Below are positions 20,070 through 33,575 of a stretch of 64,000 nt of DNA, piece after piece. The DNA lies in assembly GCA_050506795.1 (NCBI GenBank), contig JBJHCF010000001.1, positions 64,001 through 128,000 on the forward strand, read 5' to 3'. Under the pieces are notes generated by a model. That model ran no database searches. It was given only the letters and a program-made list of their open reading frames with translations, and was not told the origin of the DNA. The position numbers were made by a program, and so were the translations under genes. How positions within the stretch are numbered: the stretch's first letter is position 1; each line of letters begins with the position of its first letter. The DNA comes from Opitutia bacterium (lineage in GTDB: Bacteria > Verrucomicrobiota > Verrucomicrobiia > Opitutales > T3Sed10-336).

Positions 20070-21530
20070 ATGGACGCTTTTGTCAACGAGTGGGAGGAAC
20101 GCGGCCGGGGCCTGGCCGCGCGTTTTCCTCTTGATCGGCTCGATACCGGCGCGGTCGCGCGACTGCGGGCTTCGCCGCCAGGGGCGTTGTGGGGAATCGC
20201 CTGTTCCGGGGGAGCCGATTCGGTTTGCCTGGCGATTTTGCTCCACGCGCATTTTCCCGGGCGTCGCGCCGATATGCGGATTTTGCATTTCAACCACCGG
20301 TTGCGCGGGGTCGAATCCGACCGCGACGCGGCTTCCGTGGAGGCGCTGGCACGCCGGCTCGGTTTGCGCTGCGAAGTGGGGGCGTGGGAATCGGCGCCGG
20401 CCGGCGGCGCTTCGGCGGCGGAAGCCCGTCAGGCTCGGTTCGGTTTTTTCCAGCGGGTCCTGGCTGCCGCCGACAAGCCTTTGCTGATCCTTGGTCAGCA
20501 GCGAGACGACATTGTGGAATCACAACTGATGGCGCTTTCGCGAGGCGGCGGCACGGCTTCTCTCGCCGCGCCCAGGCCGGTTTCGACGCCCGAGCGCGAG
20601 GTGGTGCGGCTGCGGCCTTTGCTGGATCTGGGCGCCGATGAGATTCGTCGGGTGTTGCAAGAGCTTTCCATTCCCTGGCGGGAGGACGCCAGCAACAGTT
20701 CGCGCGACTATTACCGCAACCGCCTGCGGCAGGCGGTCCTGCCGGTTTGGCGCGAAGCGTCTCCGTTTGATGTCGCCCGGGGCGCCGCCGCCGCGCGGAT
20801 TCGGCTGGAGGAGGACGATGCCGCCCTCAAGGTGTGGACGGACCGGGTGATGGAATCCTGGTCCCACGAGGACGGCTTTCCCGCCGCCGCGGTGCGCGAT
20901 CTGCCCCGCGCCGTGGTTCGTCGCGCGCTTACCCACTGGCTGGCGGGCGAGGGGCTGCGGGAACATTTGGCATCGTCCGGGTTTGAGGAACTCATGGCGG
21001 CGATGGCCGGAAAGGATCCGTTCCGCCGCAGTGCGGGTCCGGAGGCGCTGTTATGCTTTGATGGCGAAGTTCTGAGACGGGAAGGCGCCGCCGTGGCGGA
21101 TCCGCCCTGGACCGGTGAAGTTTATTGTCCGTTGGGCGCCGAGGTCCATTTCCCCGGTGGACGCCGGTTACGGGTTGGTGACCAGAACCTGGATGCACGC
21201 GATCGAGAGGCGGTGTTGGCAGGGGAGGTCGATCATTCGGTGGAAGCAGTTGTTGACTCTGCCGGGATGGAGGCTCGCGGAGTTCTGGTTCGTTTTTGGA
21301 GACCCGGCGACCGATTTCATCCTCTGGGCGCCCCCGGTTCGCGCAAGCTTCAGGATATTTTTACCGATCGAAAAATTGATGTGGAGGAACGACGGCGGCT
21401 TCCCCTTGTCTGCACGGATGAAGGCTCCATTATCTGGTGCCCGGGCTTCCCCCCCGCCGAACGTTTTAAGATTGGAGGATTGACGAGACGTGTTGTGCGT
21501 TTGACATATCGGAGCGGTGGGGCAAGCTGA
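20070..21530 (+). CDS. tilS: tRNA(Ile)-lysidine synthetase
   Basis: SGGADS PP-loop, HFNH.LRG, RPLL, ED.SN, RNRLR, TilS C-terminal domain. Confidence 0.93.
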   Translation: MDAFVNEWEERGRGLAARFPLDRLDTGAVARLRASPPGALWGIACSGGADSVCLAILLHAHFPGRRADMRILHFNHRLRGVESDRDAASVEALARRLGLRCEVGAWESAPAGGASAAEARQARFGFFQRVLAAADKPLLILGQQRDDIVESQLMALSRGGGTASLAAPRPVSTPEREVVRLRPLLDLGADEIRRVLQELSIPWREDASNSSRDYYRNRLRQAVLPVWREASPFDVARGAAAARIRLEEDDAALKVWTDRVMESWSHEDGFPAAAVRDLPRAVVRRALTHWLAGEGLREHLASSGFEELMAAMAGKDPFRRSAGPEALLCFDGEVLRREGAAVADPPWTGEVYCPLGAEVHFPGGRRLRVGDQNLDARDREAVLAGEVDHSVEAVVDSAGMEARGVLVRFWRPGDRFHPLGAPGSRKLQDIFTDRKIDVEERRRLPLVCTDEGSIIWCPGFPPAERFKIGGLTRRVVRLTYRSGGAS

Positions 21531-21564
21531 AGATGAGATAGTATAGAGCCTGTTCCCGTTTATT

Positions 21565-23592
21565 ATGTCCGACAACCAACAGCAGGGTCCCGCCAAACCG
21601 CCGACCCCCGACAATAATAACAAGTACCAGCCAAAGGTCTTGTTCATCTGGCTCGCGATTTTCGCGGCGATCGCCAGCTTGTGGATTTTGAATCCCACCC
21701 CCGACATGGAGCGGCCGGTCACGGTGAAACAGGTCCTTGATCTGGCCCAGGAGGGGAGAATTGAGGCTGCCACTGTCAGAGCCAACAAGCGGGGCGGACA
21801 CGATTTTGTGGACATCACCGGGACTTTCGCCACCCGGGTGCCGGAGCTCAACGTGGATATGGGAGAGCGCTTCAAGGCCAGCGGTCGTTTGACCGAGGGC
21901 AATCTGGACATCCTGCGTGACAGTCTGGGCGCGGATGCCTTGAAGGAGGAGCCGTCATCCACCGTGATGTCGGATATCCTCATCTCGCTGTTGCCGTTCA
22001 TTCTCATTATCGCGCTTCTCTATTTTCTTTTCATCCGCCAACTGCGAATGGCCGGCAAGGGCGCCATGAGTTTCGGCAAGAGCAAGGCCAAGATGCTCAC
22101 CCGTGACCGGCAAAAGGTGTATTTCCGGGATGTCGCCGGCTGTGATGAGGCCAAGGAGGAGGTCCAGGAGGTCGTCGATTTTCTGCGCGACCCCAAGAAG
22201 TTTCAACATGTCGGCGGACGTATTCCCAAGGGCTTCCTGATGGTGGGGCCTCCCGGAACGGGTAAGACATTGCTGGCCAAAGCGGTGGCCGGTGAGGCCG
22301 ACGTTCCCTTTTTCACTATCAGCGGTTCCGACTTCGTGGAAATGTTTGTCGGGGTCGGCGCCAGCCGGGTGCGCGATATGTTCGAGCAGGGTCGCAAGAA
22401 CGCGCCCTGCCTGATTTTCATTGACGAAATCGACGCCGTCGGCCGGCAACGCGGCGCCGGAGTGGGCGGAGGCAATGATGAACGCGAACAGACGCTGAAT
22501 TCGCTGCTGGTGGAAATGGACGGCTTCGAAGGGCATGAGGGAGTGATCATCATCGCCGCCACCAACCGTCCGGACGTTCTCGATAGCGCACTGCTCCGTC
22601 CGGGGCGTTTCGATCGTCAGATTATGATCGATCTCCCCGACCTGGCCGGTCGGCGCCAGATTCTGGATGTCCACGCGAAGAAGATCAAGTTGGAGGAGGA
22701 TGTCGATCTCGATGTGGTGGCCCGCAGCACACCGGGGCTCTCCGGTGCGGACCTGGCCAACCTGCTGAACGAATCCGCGCTCATCGCGGTGCGTTACGGG
22801 GCGAAAAAGGTTTCCCTCTCCCACATTGAAGAAGCCCGGGAAAAGATCCAGTACGGCCGCGAGCGGCGCCGTATCATGGACGACGAGGACAAGCGCCTGA
22901 TCGCCTACCACGAGGCGGGTCATGCCTTGATCCAGGCGGTGGTCGACGACGGCAGCCTTCCGCTGCACAAGGTGACCATCATCCCGCGCGGGCAAAGTCT
23001 CGGCAGCACCATGTTCCTGCCGAAGAAGGACACTTACAATTATTCAAAAAAGCGGCTTCTTAACCAGATCGCCAGCATCATGGGCGGCCGCATCGCGGAA
23101 GAGCTGGTGCTGGGAGATATTTCCAGCGGGGCCAGCGGCGATATCAAACAGGCGACCAAGATTGCCCGTCACATGGTCTGCGACTGGGGTATGAGCAGTC
23201 TCGGCCCGCTTTCGCTGGGCGAGAATCAGGACACGGTGTTTCTCGGAAAGGAAATCAACCGCACGCAGAACTACAGCGAGGAAACCGCGCGAAAAATCGA
23301 CGCGGAATTGCATCGCATCATCGACGAGCAATACGAGCGGGCCACCGGGATCATGAAAGAGCGGCGATCAGCGCTCGATGCCATCGCCGACGCCCTGATG
23401 GAACACGAAACCATCGACGGCAAACACGTCCATGAGATCGTGGAGCACGGGGAAATTCGTTCGCCGGTGGAAAAGGCGCCCTCGGTCATCCACCAGGAAA
23501 AGAAAAAGCGCGAAAAGGAGAAAGCCGCTGCCGAAAAGAAGAGCAAGAAAGTCGACGATCCCCCCGGCGATCCCGCCGGGGCGGTGGCTTGA
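21565..23592 (+). CDS. ftsH: ATP-dependent zinc metalloprotease FtsH
   Basis: Two TM helices, [18 protein letters not shown] ([18 protein letters not shown]), HEAGH. Confidence 0.97.
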   Translation: MSDNQQQGPAKPPTPDNNNKYQPKVLFIWLAIFAAIASLWILNPTPDMERPVTVKQVLDLAQEGRIEAATVRANKRGGHDFVDITGTFATRVPELNVDMGERFKASGRLTEGNLDILRDSLGADALKEEPSSTVMSDILISLLPFILIIALLYFLFIRQLRMAGKGAMSFGKSKAKMLTRDRQKVYFRDVAGCDEAKEEVQEVVDFLRDPKKFQHVGGRIPKGFLMVGPPGTGKTLLAKAVAGEADVPFFTISGSDFVEMFVGVGASRVRDMFEQGRKNAPCLIFIDEIDAVGRQRGAGVGGGNDEREQTLNSLLVEMDGFEGHEGVIIIAATNRPDVLDSALLRPGRFDRQIMIDLPDLAGRRQILDVHAKKIKLEEDVDLDVVARSTPGLSGADLANLLNESALIAVRYGAKKVSLSHIEEAREKIQYGRERRRIMDDEDKRLIAYHEAGHALIQAVVDDGSLPLHKVTIIPRGQSLGSTMFLPKKDTYNYSKKRLLNQIASIMGGRIAEELVLGDISSGASGDIKQATKIARHMVCDWGMSSLGPLSLGENQDTVFLGKEINRTQNYSEETARKIDAELHRIIDEQYERATGIMKERRSALDAIADALMEHETIDGKHVHEIVEHGEIRSPVEKAPSVIHQEKKKREKEKAAAEKKSKKVDDPPGDPAGAVA

Positions 23593-23627
23593 TCCGCGGA
23601 TTGCTCCACTTTAGCCCCTTAATTCTG

Positions 23628-23655
23628 AAATCTTGCGCAAATCGCGCAAGATTTT
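23628..23655 (+). terminator. Hairpin downstream of ftsH, possible intrinsic terminator
   Basis: AAATCTTGCGC-aaatc-GCGCAAGATTT perfect 11-bp stem. Confidence 0.5.
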
Positions 23656-23657
23656 CT

Positions 23658-23721
23658 GGAGGGCAACGCTCCGCCGTTGCCGCCCGATCGGCAAATCGGA
23701 AGCGGCGGAGCGTTGCCCTCC
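23658..23721. repeat. REP-like palindromic element (19-bp inverted arms)
   Basis: ggagggcaacgctccgccg ... cggcggagcgttgccctcc; a related half-copy lies at 36969-36989. Confidence 0.7.
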
Positions 23722-23781
23722 ACGTAACTCCTGATTGGTAACGGCTAGGCCGGATTATGGATCAGGAGTCTCCCGCGCGGC

Positions 23782-25362
<1,581 letters not shown>

Positions 25363-25416
25363 TCATAGGGAGACGCGGGAATTGGCGGAGTCGTCTCGCC
25401 GGACAAAATTTCTCTA

Positions 25417-27984
25417 TTACGCCATCGTTTCCGTCACCGGTCCGGCGGCCAGCAATCGCAGGGGAACTTCCCCCCGGTCGCGGGCCTCGGACAGATCGAC
25501 TTCGAAAACGACGGACCAGTCGTTCAGGTCCTGGGTGTCGACAAGGATCTGCTGCACGACCCAGCGGCGGGGTTCTTCCCGGATAAAGGTGTTTTTGGTG
25601 TTGCGCGCTTCGGGGTCGAGGCGGATCCGTTCGTGTTCCGCGAAGTAGGGGGCGAAGAGACGCTCCAGCCGCTCCGGTGTCCAGGCTTCGCCGTCGACGT
25701 CATCGGGCGAAACGAGACCGGCCAGGGCCTCCTCCCAGTTGCCGCGCGCCACCGCCCGGACCCGGTCGAATACCGCGTTGCGCACCATGGCGCCAAACTG
25801 CCGGCGGTGGCGGGTGATGTCGGGAGGGCCGGCGACCCGGGGAGCCGCCTTACCGTCGGCGGCTTCCTCCGGCGAACGGTATTCCGGATCGCGCATCCGT
25901 TCCCATTCCTCCAGCAGACTGGAGTCCACTCCGCGAATCATTTCCGCGAGATAGGTTTCGATTTCCAGAATCGGTTCGGTTTTTTCCGTTTCCGGGACGG
26001 TCTGGACCAGCGTTTTGTAGACTCCGGAAAGGTGGCGCAGGAGGATCCCTTCCGACCGGTGCAGGTCGTAATCCTTGATGTAATCGGCGAACGACATCCA
26101 GCGTTCGAACATTTCCCGGGCGATGGATTTGGGCTGAATGTTGGCTTCGCCCACCCAGGGGTGTTTTTCGGCAAAAGCGTTGAAGGTTCCGTAGATGAAC
26201 TCCCGCCTCGGCTTGGGATATTCCACGGAGTCGAGCGCGGCCATGCGACGATCGTATTCCACGCCTTCGGCTTTCAGGCGCGCCACTTCCTCCGATTTGG
26301 CGCGGGCCAGTTGCCGGCGCAGAATCACATCGGGGTTCTCCACGATTGACTCGACCAGTGAGAGGACATCCAACGCGTGATCCGGATGTTCCGGGTCGAG
26401 CAGCGACAAGGCGTCGATCAGGAAAAGCGAGAGGGTCTGGTGCAGGGAGAAGTTGTCCTGCAAATCCACGTTGACCCGAAGCCGGCTCTTGGTCTCGTCC
26501 GGTTCCCGCGGCAGAATTTCCACGATGCCGCGATCGAGCAGGGTGCGAAACAATTGCCAGGCGTTGCGCAGGTGACGCTGCTTCTCCCGGGGTGGCTCGT
26601 GACTGTCGCGAATCAACTGTCGCATGGCCTGGCAGCCGTCGCGGGGACGGCCCAGGACTTGCAGCAGGATGCCGTGATTGATGGCGAAATTCGAGTTCAA
26701 CGCTTCCGGCGGCGACTCCCTCAGCCGGCGAAAGGTTTTGGCGTCCCAGGTGATGAATCCCTTGGGCGGAGTGCGCTTCACCATCTTGCGCTTCTTTCCC
26801 GGATTGGCGGCCGCCTTTTCGTCCAGTATCCGGTTTTCAATGATATGTGCCGGAGCCTGCGCGACCACCCAGCCCTGATCGTCGAATCCCTTGCGTCCGG
26901 CGCGGCCGCAAACCTGCTGAAAATCCCGGACGCTCAAAATGCGGTTCTTTTCGCCGTCGTATTTGCTGAGCTGGGTGAGAAGGACGGTGCGAATCGGGAC
27001 ATTGATTCCGACCCCCAGGGTGTCGGTGCCGCAGATCAGTTTCAACAAACCCTGTTGGGCCAGTTTCTCCACCAGCACCCGGTACTTGGGCAGGAGTCCG
27101 GCATGGTGCAGGCCGATGCCCTGACGCAGAATCCGTTTCATTTCCTGACCGTACGGACTGCTGAAACGAAATCCGTCCAGTTCACGTGAGATGAGTTCCC
27201 GGTCGTCGCGCGAACAAAGGCCCAGGCTGGTGAAACTCTGCGCGTTCTCGGCCGCTTCGCGTTGAGTAAAGTGCACCACGTAAACGGGCGTTTTTTTGGT
27301 GGCGACAAGTTCTTCGATGGTTTGGGTGAGCGGGGTTTCCGCGTAGGAGAATTCGAGCGGCACCGGGCGTTCGCTGGAGGTCACCACGGCCGTCGGGTGA
27401 TTATTGAGCGCGGTCAGGCGTTCGGCGAACTGGTCGAGGTTTCCCATGGTGGCCGACATCAAAAGAAAGCGCGCCTGGGGCAGGGTGAGCAGCGGGATTT
27501 GCCAGGAGACACCCCGGTCGCGGTCGGAGTAGTAATGGAACTCATCCTGGATGACGTCGTGCACTTCCGCCTCCCGCCCCTCCGCGCACCCCATGTTGGC
27601 GAGAATTTCAGCCGTGCAACACAGGATGGGCGCCCGGCGGTTGACCGTGGCGTCGCCCGTCATCATGCCGACCATTTCCGGTCCGAAGTCCCGGCACAGC
27701 GCCAGGAATTTCTCGTTGACCAGCGCCTTGATGGGACAGGTGTAAACCGAACGCCGTCCCATCGCCGCCGATTTAAAATGCATCGCCAGCGCCACCAGGG
27801 ATTTTCCCGAGCCGGTCGGGGTGTTGAGAATGACATTCTGGTCCGCGAAAACCGCGAGAATCGCCTCCTCCTGGGCCGGATAAAGCTCGATTCCGGCAGC
27901 GTTCACATAGGCCAGGAATCGATCGAGCAATTCATCCGGACCAAAACGTTCTCCCGGCGACGGCATTGACAAAGCAGGAACCAT
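25417..27984 (-). CDS. DEAD/DEAH-box (Ski2-like) RNA helicase with a DUF3516-type C-terminus
   Basis: [44 protein letters not shown]. Confidence 0.88.
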   Translation of the reverse strand: MVPALSMPSPGERFGPDELLDRFLAYVNAAGIELYPAQEEAILAVFADQNVILNTPTGSGKSLVALAMHFKSAAMGRRSVYTCPIKALVNEKFLALCRDFGPEMVGMMTGDATVNRRAPILCCTAEILANMGCAEGREAEVHDVIQDEFHYYSDRDRGVSWQIPLLTLPQARFLLMSATMGNLDQFAERLTALNNHPTAVVTSSERPVPLEFSYAETPLTQTIEELVATKKTPVYVVHFTQREAAENAQSFTSLGLCSRDDRELISRELDGFRFSSPYGQEMKRILRQGIGLHHAGLLPKYRVLVEKLAQQGLLKLICGTDTLGVGINVPIRTVLLTQLSKYDGEKNRILSVRDFQQVCGRAGRKGFDDQGWVVAQAPAHIIENRILDEKAAANPGKKRKMVKRTPPKGFITWDAKTFRRLRESPPEALNSNFAINHGILLQVLGRPRDGCQAMRQLIRDSHEPPREKQRHLRNAWQLFRTLLDRGIVEILPREPDETKSRLRVNVDLQDNFSLHQTLSLFLIDALSLLDPEHPDHALDVLSLVESIVENPDVILRRQLARAKSEEVARLKAEGVEYDRRMAALDSVEYPKPRREFIYGTFNAFAEKHPWVGEANIQPKSIAREMFERWMSFADYIKDYDLHRSEGILLRHLSGVYKTLVQTVPETEKTEPILEIETYLAEMIRGVDSSLLEEWERMRDPEYRSPEEAADGKAAPRVAGPPDITRHRRQFGAMVRNAVFDRVRAVARGNWEEALAGLVSPDDVDGEAWTPERLERLFAPYFAEHERIRLDPEARNTKNTFIREEPRRWVVQQILVDTQDLNDWSVVFEVDLSEARDRGEVPLRLLAAGPVTETMA

Positions 27985-28087
27985 TAATCGAGGGAATACC
28001 GTTTATCCGGGGGAAAAGGCAATGCCCGTCCGCGACCGCCTTCCACTCCGCGGACGATGTGGTACGACACCGTTTTTAGCATCCTGC

Positions 28088-30181
28088 TTATTCCGGCGGG
28101 TTCAGTTGACGGTGAAGGTAGGCGTAAATCAGACTGTTGATGTAGGCCTGTTGCCGCAGATTCGCCGCGCCGGAGTGACCGCCCTCGATGTTTTCGTAGT
28201 AGAGCACGTCGTGCCCCAACGATTTCATCATGGCCACCATTTTGCGGGCGTGGGCCGGGTGAACGCGGTCGTCACGGGTGGAGGTGGTGAAAAAAATCTT
28301 CGGGTATTCGGTTTCCGGATGCACATTCTGGTAGGGAGAATAGCGGCTCAGGAAGGCCCAGTCCTCGGTAACATCCGGGTTGCCGTATTCCGCCACCCAA
28401 CTGGCGCCGGCCAGCAGAAGGTGGTAGCGGCGCATGTCCAGCAGCGGCACCTGGCAAACCACCGCGTTGAAGAGATCGGGACGCTGGGTGACGGCGGCGC
28501 CGACCAGCAGGCCACCGTTGCTGCCGCCCTGAATGCCGAGTTGCTCCGGCGTGGTCAGGCCCCGGGCGATCAGATCTTCGGCGACGGCGATGAAATCGTC
28601 GAAAGCCCGTTGACGGTTTTCGCGGAGGGCGGCCTGATGCCAGGCCGGACCGAATTCGCCGCCGCCCCGGATGTTGGCCAGAACAAACAGACCTCCGCGT
28701 TCCAGCCAGGAGGCGCCCATGACTCCGGAATAGAACGGTGTCCGGGAAATCTCGAATCCGCCGTAGGCGTTGAGGAGAGTGGGCCGTGGCCCGCCGGTTT
28801 CCAGGGGTTCCGGGCCCGCCACGAAGTAGGGAATCCTGGTGCCGTCGGCGGATTCCGCCTCGAACTGTGCGACCGCGAGCCCGCTGGCGTCGAACCGTGC
28901 CGGCTCGGAGCGCACTTCAAGGTGTTCGTCGGCGGCCGCGTCCGCACGGAAGAGGGTGGTCGGGGTCAGGAATCCGGTGAAGGCATAAAAGAAAGCGTCG
29001 CTGCGATCGTCTGTTGTGATCAACTGAATGGTTCCCATTTCCGGCGCGGTCAACGTCTGTTGCTCCCAGCCCTGATCCTGATGGCGGAAGGCGTACAGAC
29101 GGCTGGTGACGTTGTCCAGGACGTGGACCAGCACCCGTGTTTTGGTCAACGCCACGCCGGCGATGGAGGCGCGGGGACCGGGAGCGTAGAGCACTTCAAA
29201 AGCCGGGTCTTCCCCCAGGACGGCTTCGAATTCGGTCGCGATGAGCGAACCCTGCCGGTAGGTTTCGCCTCCGGTGGTCCAGTCGGATTTGAGGTCAATC
29301 AGGACGCGTCCGTCGAGGATTCCCGCCAGCCGGGCGTCGTCGGGGATGTGAATGCGGTGCAGTTGTTCGTCGCGGTAGAGATGGTAGTGCCGGGTGAAAA
29401 ATCCCGGAGCGCGAACGATAAGATCGTAGGGCGTTTCGTCGTCCCATACCCGGAATCCCGATACGGAGACGTCAGATCTTTCGCCCCGGAAGACGGTTTC
29501 GGCTTCCACCAGCGGATCGCCCCGTCTCCAGAGACGGACTTCGCGCGGGTAACCGGAATCGGTCAGGCTGTCTTCTCCGAAATCGGTGCCCACAAAAACA
29601 CTGTCGAGGTCCCGCCAACTGATCCGGCTCTTGGCTTCGGGCAGTTGAAAGCCGTCTTCGACAAACCGGCGTGTTTCCCGGTCGAATTCCCGCCGCACCA
29701 CCGCGTCGGATCCGCCCCGCGACAGGCCGATGATGAACCGGTCGTAGTCGGGATACCGTCCGCTGGAACCGGCCCATACCCAGTTTTCGTTTTCCTTTTC
29801 CGCCAACGCGTCCACATCCAGCAGAATTTCCCATTCGGGATCTCCCCGGACGTAACTTTCCTGAGAAGTGGTTCGCCAGAGGCCGCGCACATGGGACTCA
29901 TCACGCCAGAAATTGTCCACCCGGCCTCCGCGCAGGCCCGGGAAGGGAATGCGGTCGGGGGAGGTGATGATTTCCAGCGCCCGCTGATGAAGGGGATCGA
30001 ACAGCGGGTGTTGTTCCAGCAGTTCCGTACTGTGACTGTTCTGCTCGCGAGCCCAGGCGAGCGCGGCTTCGCCTTCGACTTCTTCGAGCCAGAGATAAGG
30101 ATCGGTTTCGGCCATAAGCAAAAAGGAAAAAAACAGGCCCGCCGGCAGGCAGGCGAGAAGGCGGCAATGATGTAACGGCAT
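28088..30181 (-). CDS. Secreted prolyl oligopeptidase (S9A); start approximate
   Basis: DPY.WLE, YGGF, N.RGGGEFG..WH, GGSNGG, DDRV.P.H, GGH. Confidence 0.9.
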   Translation of the reverse strand: MPLHHCRLLACLPAGLFFSFLLMAETDPYLWLEEVEGEAALAWAREQNSHSTELLEQHPLFDPLHQRALEIITSPDRIPFPGLRGGRVDNFWRDESHVRGLWRTTSQESYVRGDPEWEILLDVDALAEKENENWVWAGSSGRYPDYDRFIIGLSRGGSDAVVRREFDRETRRFVEDGFQLPEAKSRISWRDLDSVFVGTDFGEDSLTDSGYPREVRLWRRGDPLVEAETVFRGERSDVSVSGFRVWDDETPYDLIVRAPGFFTRHYHLYRDEQLHRIHIPDDARLAGILDGRVLIDLKSDWTTGGETYRQGSLIATEFEAVLGEDPAFEVLYAPGPRASIAGVALTKTRVLVHVLDNVTSRLYAFRHQDQGWEQQTLTAPEMGTIQLITTDDRSDAFFYAFTGFLTPTTLFRADAAADEHLEVRSEPARFDASGLAVAQFEAESADGTRIPYFVAGPEPLETGGPRPTLLNAYGGFEISRTPFYSGVMGASWLERGGLFVLANIRGGGEFGPAWHQAALRENRQRAFDDFIAVAEDLIARGLTTPEQLGIQGGSNGGLLVGAAVTQRPDLFNAVVCQVPLLDMRRYHLLLAGASWVAEYGNPDVTEDWAFLSRYSPYQNVHPETEYPKIFFTTSTRDDRVHPAHARKMVAMMKSLGHDVLYYENIEGGHSGAANLRQQAYINSLIYAYLHRQLNPPE

Positions 30182-30287
30182 AGGAAAAAGAATGATCTGC
30201 CCCATATTCGTCAAATTGAGCGGAAAATGAACACAAATCTTTTTGGGGCGCCGCTGGGCCTGTTGAAAACGGGAGAGACGGAATTCA

Positions 30288-30603
30288 GGGGAACCACGAA
30301 ACACACAAAAGGCACGAAATAATAATTCTACCCTCTTTGGCTGAAATGGAAGGGAAATTTCAATAGAAAACCCCCGGCGCCTCGCTGTTTACAGTGGGTT
30401 CGATACGCCGGCTGAAGCACGGCGCTACGCATTCATGGCTCCGAATTCGTAGGTCCGTGCTTTAGCCGGACGCTTCATGGTACGCAAGATGCTGAGGTAC
30501 GGCATCAGAGCCCATCCCAAAACAGCGAAGTCCCGAAACCTCAGCCTCTCCGTTCCCCCGCGCGGTGCCATCCGTTTCGTGGCTATTGTGTTTCGTTGTC
30601 TCC
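30288..30603. repeat. Composite repeat: ACGAAACACAC-family inverted arms enclosing two GTAG-type REP-like palindromes
   Basis: Forward arm 30288-30319, reverse arm about 30575-30603; REP-like units at 30405-30428 and 30449-30471. Confidence 0.6.
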
Positions 30604-30686
30604 AAAATTCACCCACACCAATTTCGGTGATTGATTCACTTGGCGTGATGCTCCACGATCTCCACAACCCCGGCTTCATGCGATCC

Positions 30687-31609
30687 ATGGAACACCCACC
30701 CCACACCCGCACAACAAGCTCTTCAAACGGAGTTTTGGCGACCCAACCACCGCGGCAAACTTTCTTCGCCACGAGTTCTCCGAGCCGCTCGCCCGTGCCA
30801 TCCACTGGGACACTCTGAAACTCGAGTCCGGCTCCTTCATCGACTCACAATACCGCTCGTCCGAAAGCGACCTGTTGTTCTCGACGCTTGTGGGCGGCAA
30901 ACCGGCCCGTATCTACCTGCTTTTCGAGCACCAGCGCTCACCCCAACGCATGATCGCCCTGCGACTGCTCCGCTACATGGTGCGCATCTGGGAGCAGTTT
31001 CACGAATCTAATTCGACCCAACCTCTGCCGGTCATTCTCCCGGTCGTTTTGGCCCACAACGCCGAGCATTGGGATATCCCAGACAGCTTTGCCCCTCTTC
31101 TCGATATTCCCGAAAACCTGCATGGAGAACTCGACGCTGTCGTGCCCGACTTCGTTTTCAAGCTCATCCAGCTCTCCGACATTCCCTTCGACCGAATCCG
31201 CGGCACTCCGGCCGGGATTCTCACCCTGCGGGTCATGAAAGCCGAACGCCTCGGTATGCTGCTCGATGATCCGGTCTGGGACGAGGAGCTCGTCGGCAAA
31301 GCGTCCCTGGAACTCTTCGAGCAGATCCTGCGTTACATCGCCTCCGCCGCCGATCTTGACAAGCCGGCCTTTTTCGAGAGGCTTAAAATGGTAAAAGATG
31401 AAAGCATTCGGCAAACGGCCATGACACTCGAACAACAGTTTCGTCAGGAAGGGGAGCGCCTGCTTTTAGAGCGTTTGCTTATTCGCCGGTTCGGTCATCT
31501 TCCCGAATGGGTTTGTCGATTGCTTGAAGACGCCACGACCGACCAGATTGAGCAATGGGGCGAGGCTATTCTGGACGCCCCCTCGCTGGAATCGGTTTTC
31601 CGGCAATAG
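30687..31609 (+). pseudogene. Rpn/YhgA-like recombination-promoting nuclease (PD-(D/E)XK) with DUF4351-like tail; frameshift just after the apparent start codon
   Basis: The frame of ORF 30875 extends upstream as HPHNKLFKRSFG..WDTLKLESGSFID..SDLLF, then LFEHQ and LRYM..IW. It has no ATG/GTG/TTG back to the stop at 30632, while ATG 30687 is out of frame. Confidence 0.75.
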
Positions 31610-31807
31610 GCACGCTTTTTTTGGCGGCGCTGTCGTTCTGCGCTTCGTGGTTTCACCGAATCCGCTTCTCCCGGCATTCACGACGATTTCGTTCCCAGGC
31701 TCCGCGGCCGGTTCGAATGGGATTGACATGGCCGATAAGTTTTGCTTTCTCAATCGATAAACCCAGGTCCTAGGTTCCCACAAATGATTTATCGATAGGA
31801 GGTTCCC

Positions 31808-32581
31808 ATGAAAACATCCCCTCTCCCCCAGGAACCCTTTCGGCGACGCGGTTTTACCCTGGTCGAGCTCCTCACGACGATAGGGGTGATCGCCATCTTG
31901 GCGGCGATTGCGTTTCCGGTATACCGGATGGCGCGCGAATCGGCGAGGCGGGCTTCCTGCGCGAGCAATCTGCGTCAGATTGGGATCGCCAGTCAGCTTT
32001 ACGCCGATGAAAACCGGGGGCGCCTCCCGGTGATCGAGGCGGAGGAGGCGTTGTGGCCGTGGGACGTCTCGCTTGCGGTGATGAACGCCTTGCTGCGCAC
32101 GGGCGGTGGCGAGCGTGACATGTTTTTTTGCCGTTCGGGGCAGTACGGGGAGCGGTTCGAGCACTGGGATTTCGGGGTTCAGCGTCCCGGAGGCGAGGAG
32201 GAGGGCTTCCGCGTTATCCGCTACGTGCTGCTGTTCGAAGGGGCGGTGCGGGTGCTGCCCGAGCACACGAACGCGCGGATGGAGGATCCGGTGCGGGTTT
32301 TGGTCTCGGAGGGACGGCAGCCAGAGTACGTGACGGTACCCGCGAGCGAGCGGGAACTGGCGGTGGACGCGGTGCTGTCGGTCGGCAGCGGCGAGGAATT
32401 GAACTTTCACGCCGTTCCCGGGGGAGCGACGATCCCCGACCGGACGAACCACCTCGACGGGACGACTCCCCTTGGGGGGAACATCCTTTTCATGGACGGT
32501 CACGTCGCCTGGCGCGACTTCGCCGAGATGGACGACACGAAAGTGGAACCCGCCCCGCCGCACCCGATGTTTTGGTGGTGA
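31808..32581 (+). CDS. Prepilin-type N-terminal cleavage/methylation protein with H-X9-DG C-terminal motif
   Basis: RRGFTLVELL, hydrophobic helix, ARE.ARR.SC..NLRQIG, NH...GGNILF.DGHV.W. Confidence 0.9.
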   Translation: MKTSPLPQEPFRRRGFTLVELLTTIGVIAILAAIAFPVYRMARESARRASCASNLRQIGIASQLYADENRGRLPVIEAEEALWPWDVSLAVMNALLRTGGGERDMFFCRSGQYGERFEHWDFGVQRPGGEEEGFRVIRYVLLFEGAVRVLPEHTNARMEDPVRVLVSEGRQPEYVTVPASERELAVDAVLSVGSGEELNFHAVPGGATIPDRTNHLDGTTPLGGNILFMDGHVAWRDFAEMDDTKVEPAPPHPMFWW

Positions 32582-32582
32582 A

Positions 32583-32602
32583 AGTCCCGCTGTCGCGGGA
32601 CT
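32583..32602 (+). terminator. GC hairpin immediately after the prepilin gene
   Basis: agtcccgc-tgtc-gcgggact, followed by T-rich heptamers. Confidence 0.45.
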
Positions 32603-32789
32603 GTGCTTGGTTCTTGGTTTGGTGTTTTTGGTTTGGGATCAGATACGAAGCCGAGCTTGAAATCACGCGGTATCGGCCCTTCCGCCGATGAGAACGGAGC
32701 AGGGGGAAACAACGAAACACACGAAAATGAGTTGCAGGATGACTGAACCCATTAACCGACAACGGATAACCGATAACCGGACTTCGCTC

Positions 32790-32829
<40 letters not shown>

Positions 32830-32893
32830 GGAATGGCGGGACGGGGGCGTTTGGTTGCCTATCCGGACGCTGCGAGCAAGCGGCGCTGAGGTT

Positions 32894-33484
32894 ATGGCGC
32901 TCGAATATCTGGCAGTCATGAACGATCGGAGTGACAAGGCATTGATCCTGCACCTCCAGGCGAATTCTGGAGACGGGCACGCCGCGTTTGCGGTGCTGTA
33001 CCGGCGGCATGGGGAAATGGTACGCAGGGTTGCCTGGCGGTATTTGATCGATAAAAATCACGTTGATGATGTGCACCAAAACACCTTTGTGCGCTTTTGG
33101 AAAAAGCGTCACCGGATCGGAGAGCCCTACCGGGTGAAGGGTTATCTCTCGCGCCTCGCGCACGATGAGGCGGTGAATCTAAACCGAAGCCCGATGGTGG
33201 AGGAATTGTTTTCTTCGTCGGACCTCGAGCGAATTTCCCTGCGGGCTGCATTGAGGAAAGGCATCGAGGGCCAAAGTGTTCGAATAGCACTACGAGAGTG
33301 GTGCGAAAAACACCTTGATGGGAAAACGTCCCGAATATTTATTCTGCGTTTTGTTGAGGGGTTAAAATATTCTCAAATAGCTGAACAAGAAAAGATCCCA
33401 GTGGGAAGCGTTAAACGGATCTTATGTGATTTGAGAAAAAAACTTAAGAAATCGAAAGATTTTCCGAACCTTTTCCGGATTTAA
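32894..33484 (+). CDS. ECF-type RNA polymerase sigma-70 factor (start 32855, 32894 or 32918)
   Basis: D..LI, AF..LY.RH, DDV.Q.TF, region 4 F.LR..EG..Y..IA.....P.G.VK. Confidence 0.88.
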   Translation: MALEYLAVMNDRSDKALILHLQANSGDGHAAFAVLYRRHGEMVRRVAWRYLIDKNHVDDVHQNTFVRFWKKRHRIGEPYRVKGYLSRLAHDEAVNLNRSPMVEELFSSSDLERISLRAALRKGIEGQSVRIALREWCEKHLDGKTSRIFILRFVEGLKYSQIAEQEKIPVGSVKRILCDLRKKLKKSKDFPNLFRI

Positions 33485-33575
33485 AACGGTTACCTTATTG
33501 AATGGGCGCAAACTTACGACGGGACGCGGAAAAGACTGATCGATTTAAATACCAAGCTTAAATGAACAAGTACCC

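Noticed and set aside
28022..30175. Long antisense ORFs (717 aa here; also 12754..14361, 18765..20297, 49513..51381)
   Set aside because: Typical high-GC shadow frames opposite well-supported genes, with no recognisable motifs.
30390..30415. tRNA-like GGTTCGAT motif as an island attachment site
   Set aside because: No T-stem pairing or cloverleaf; the adjoining sequence is better explained as a REP-like palindrome.
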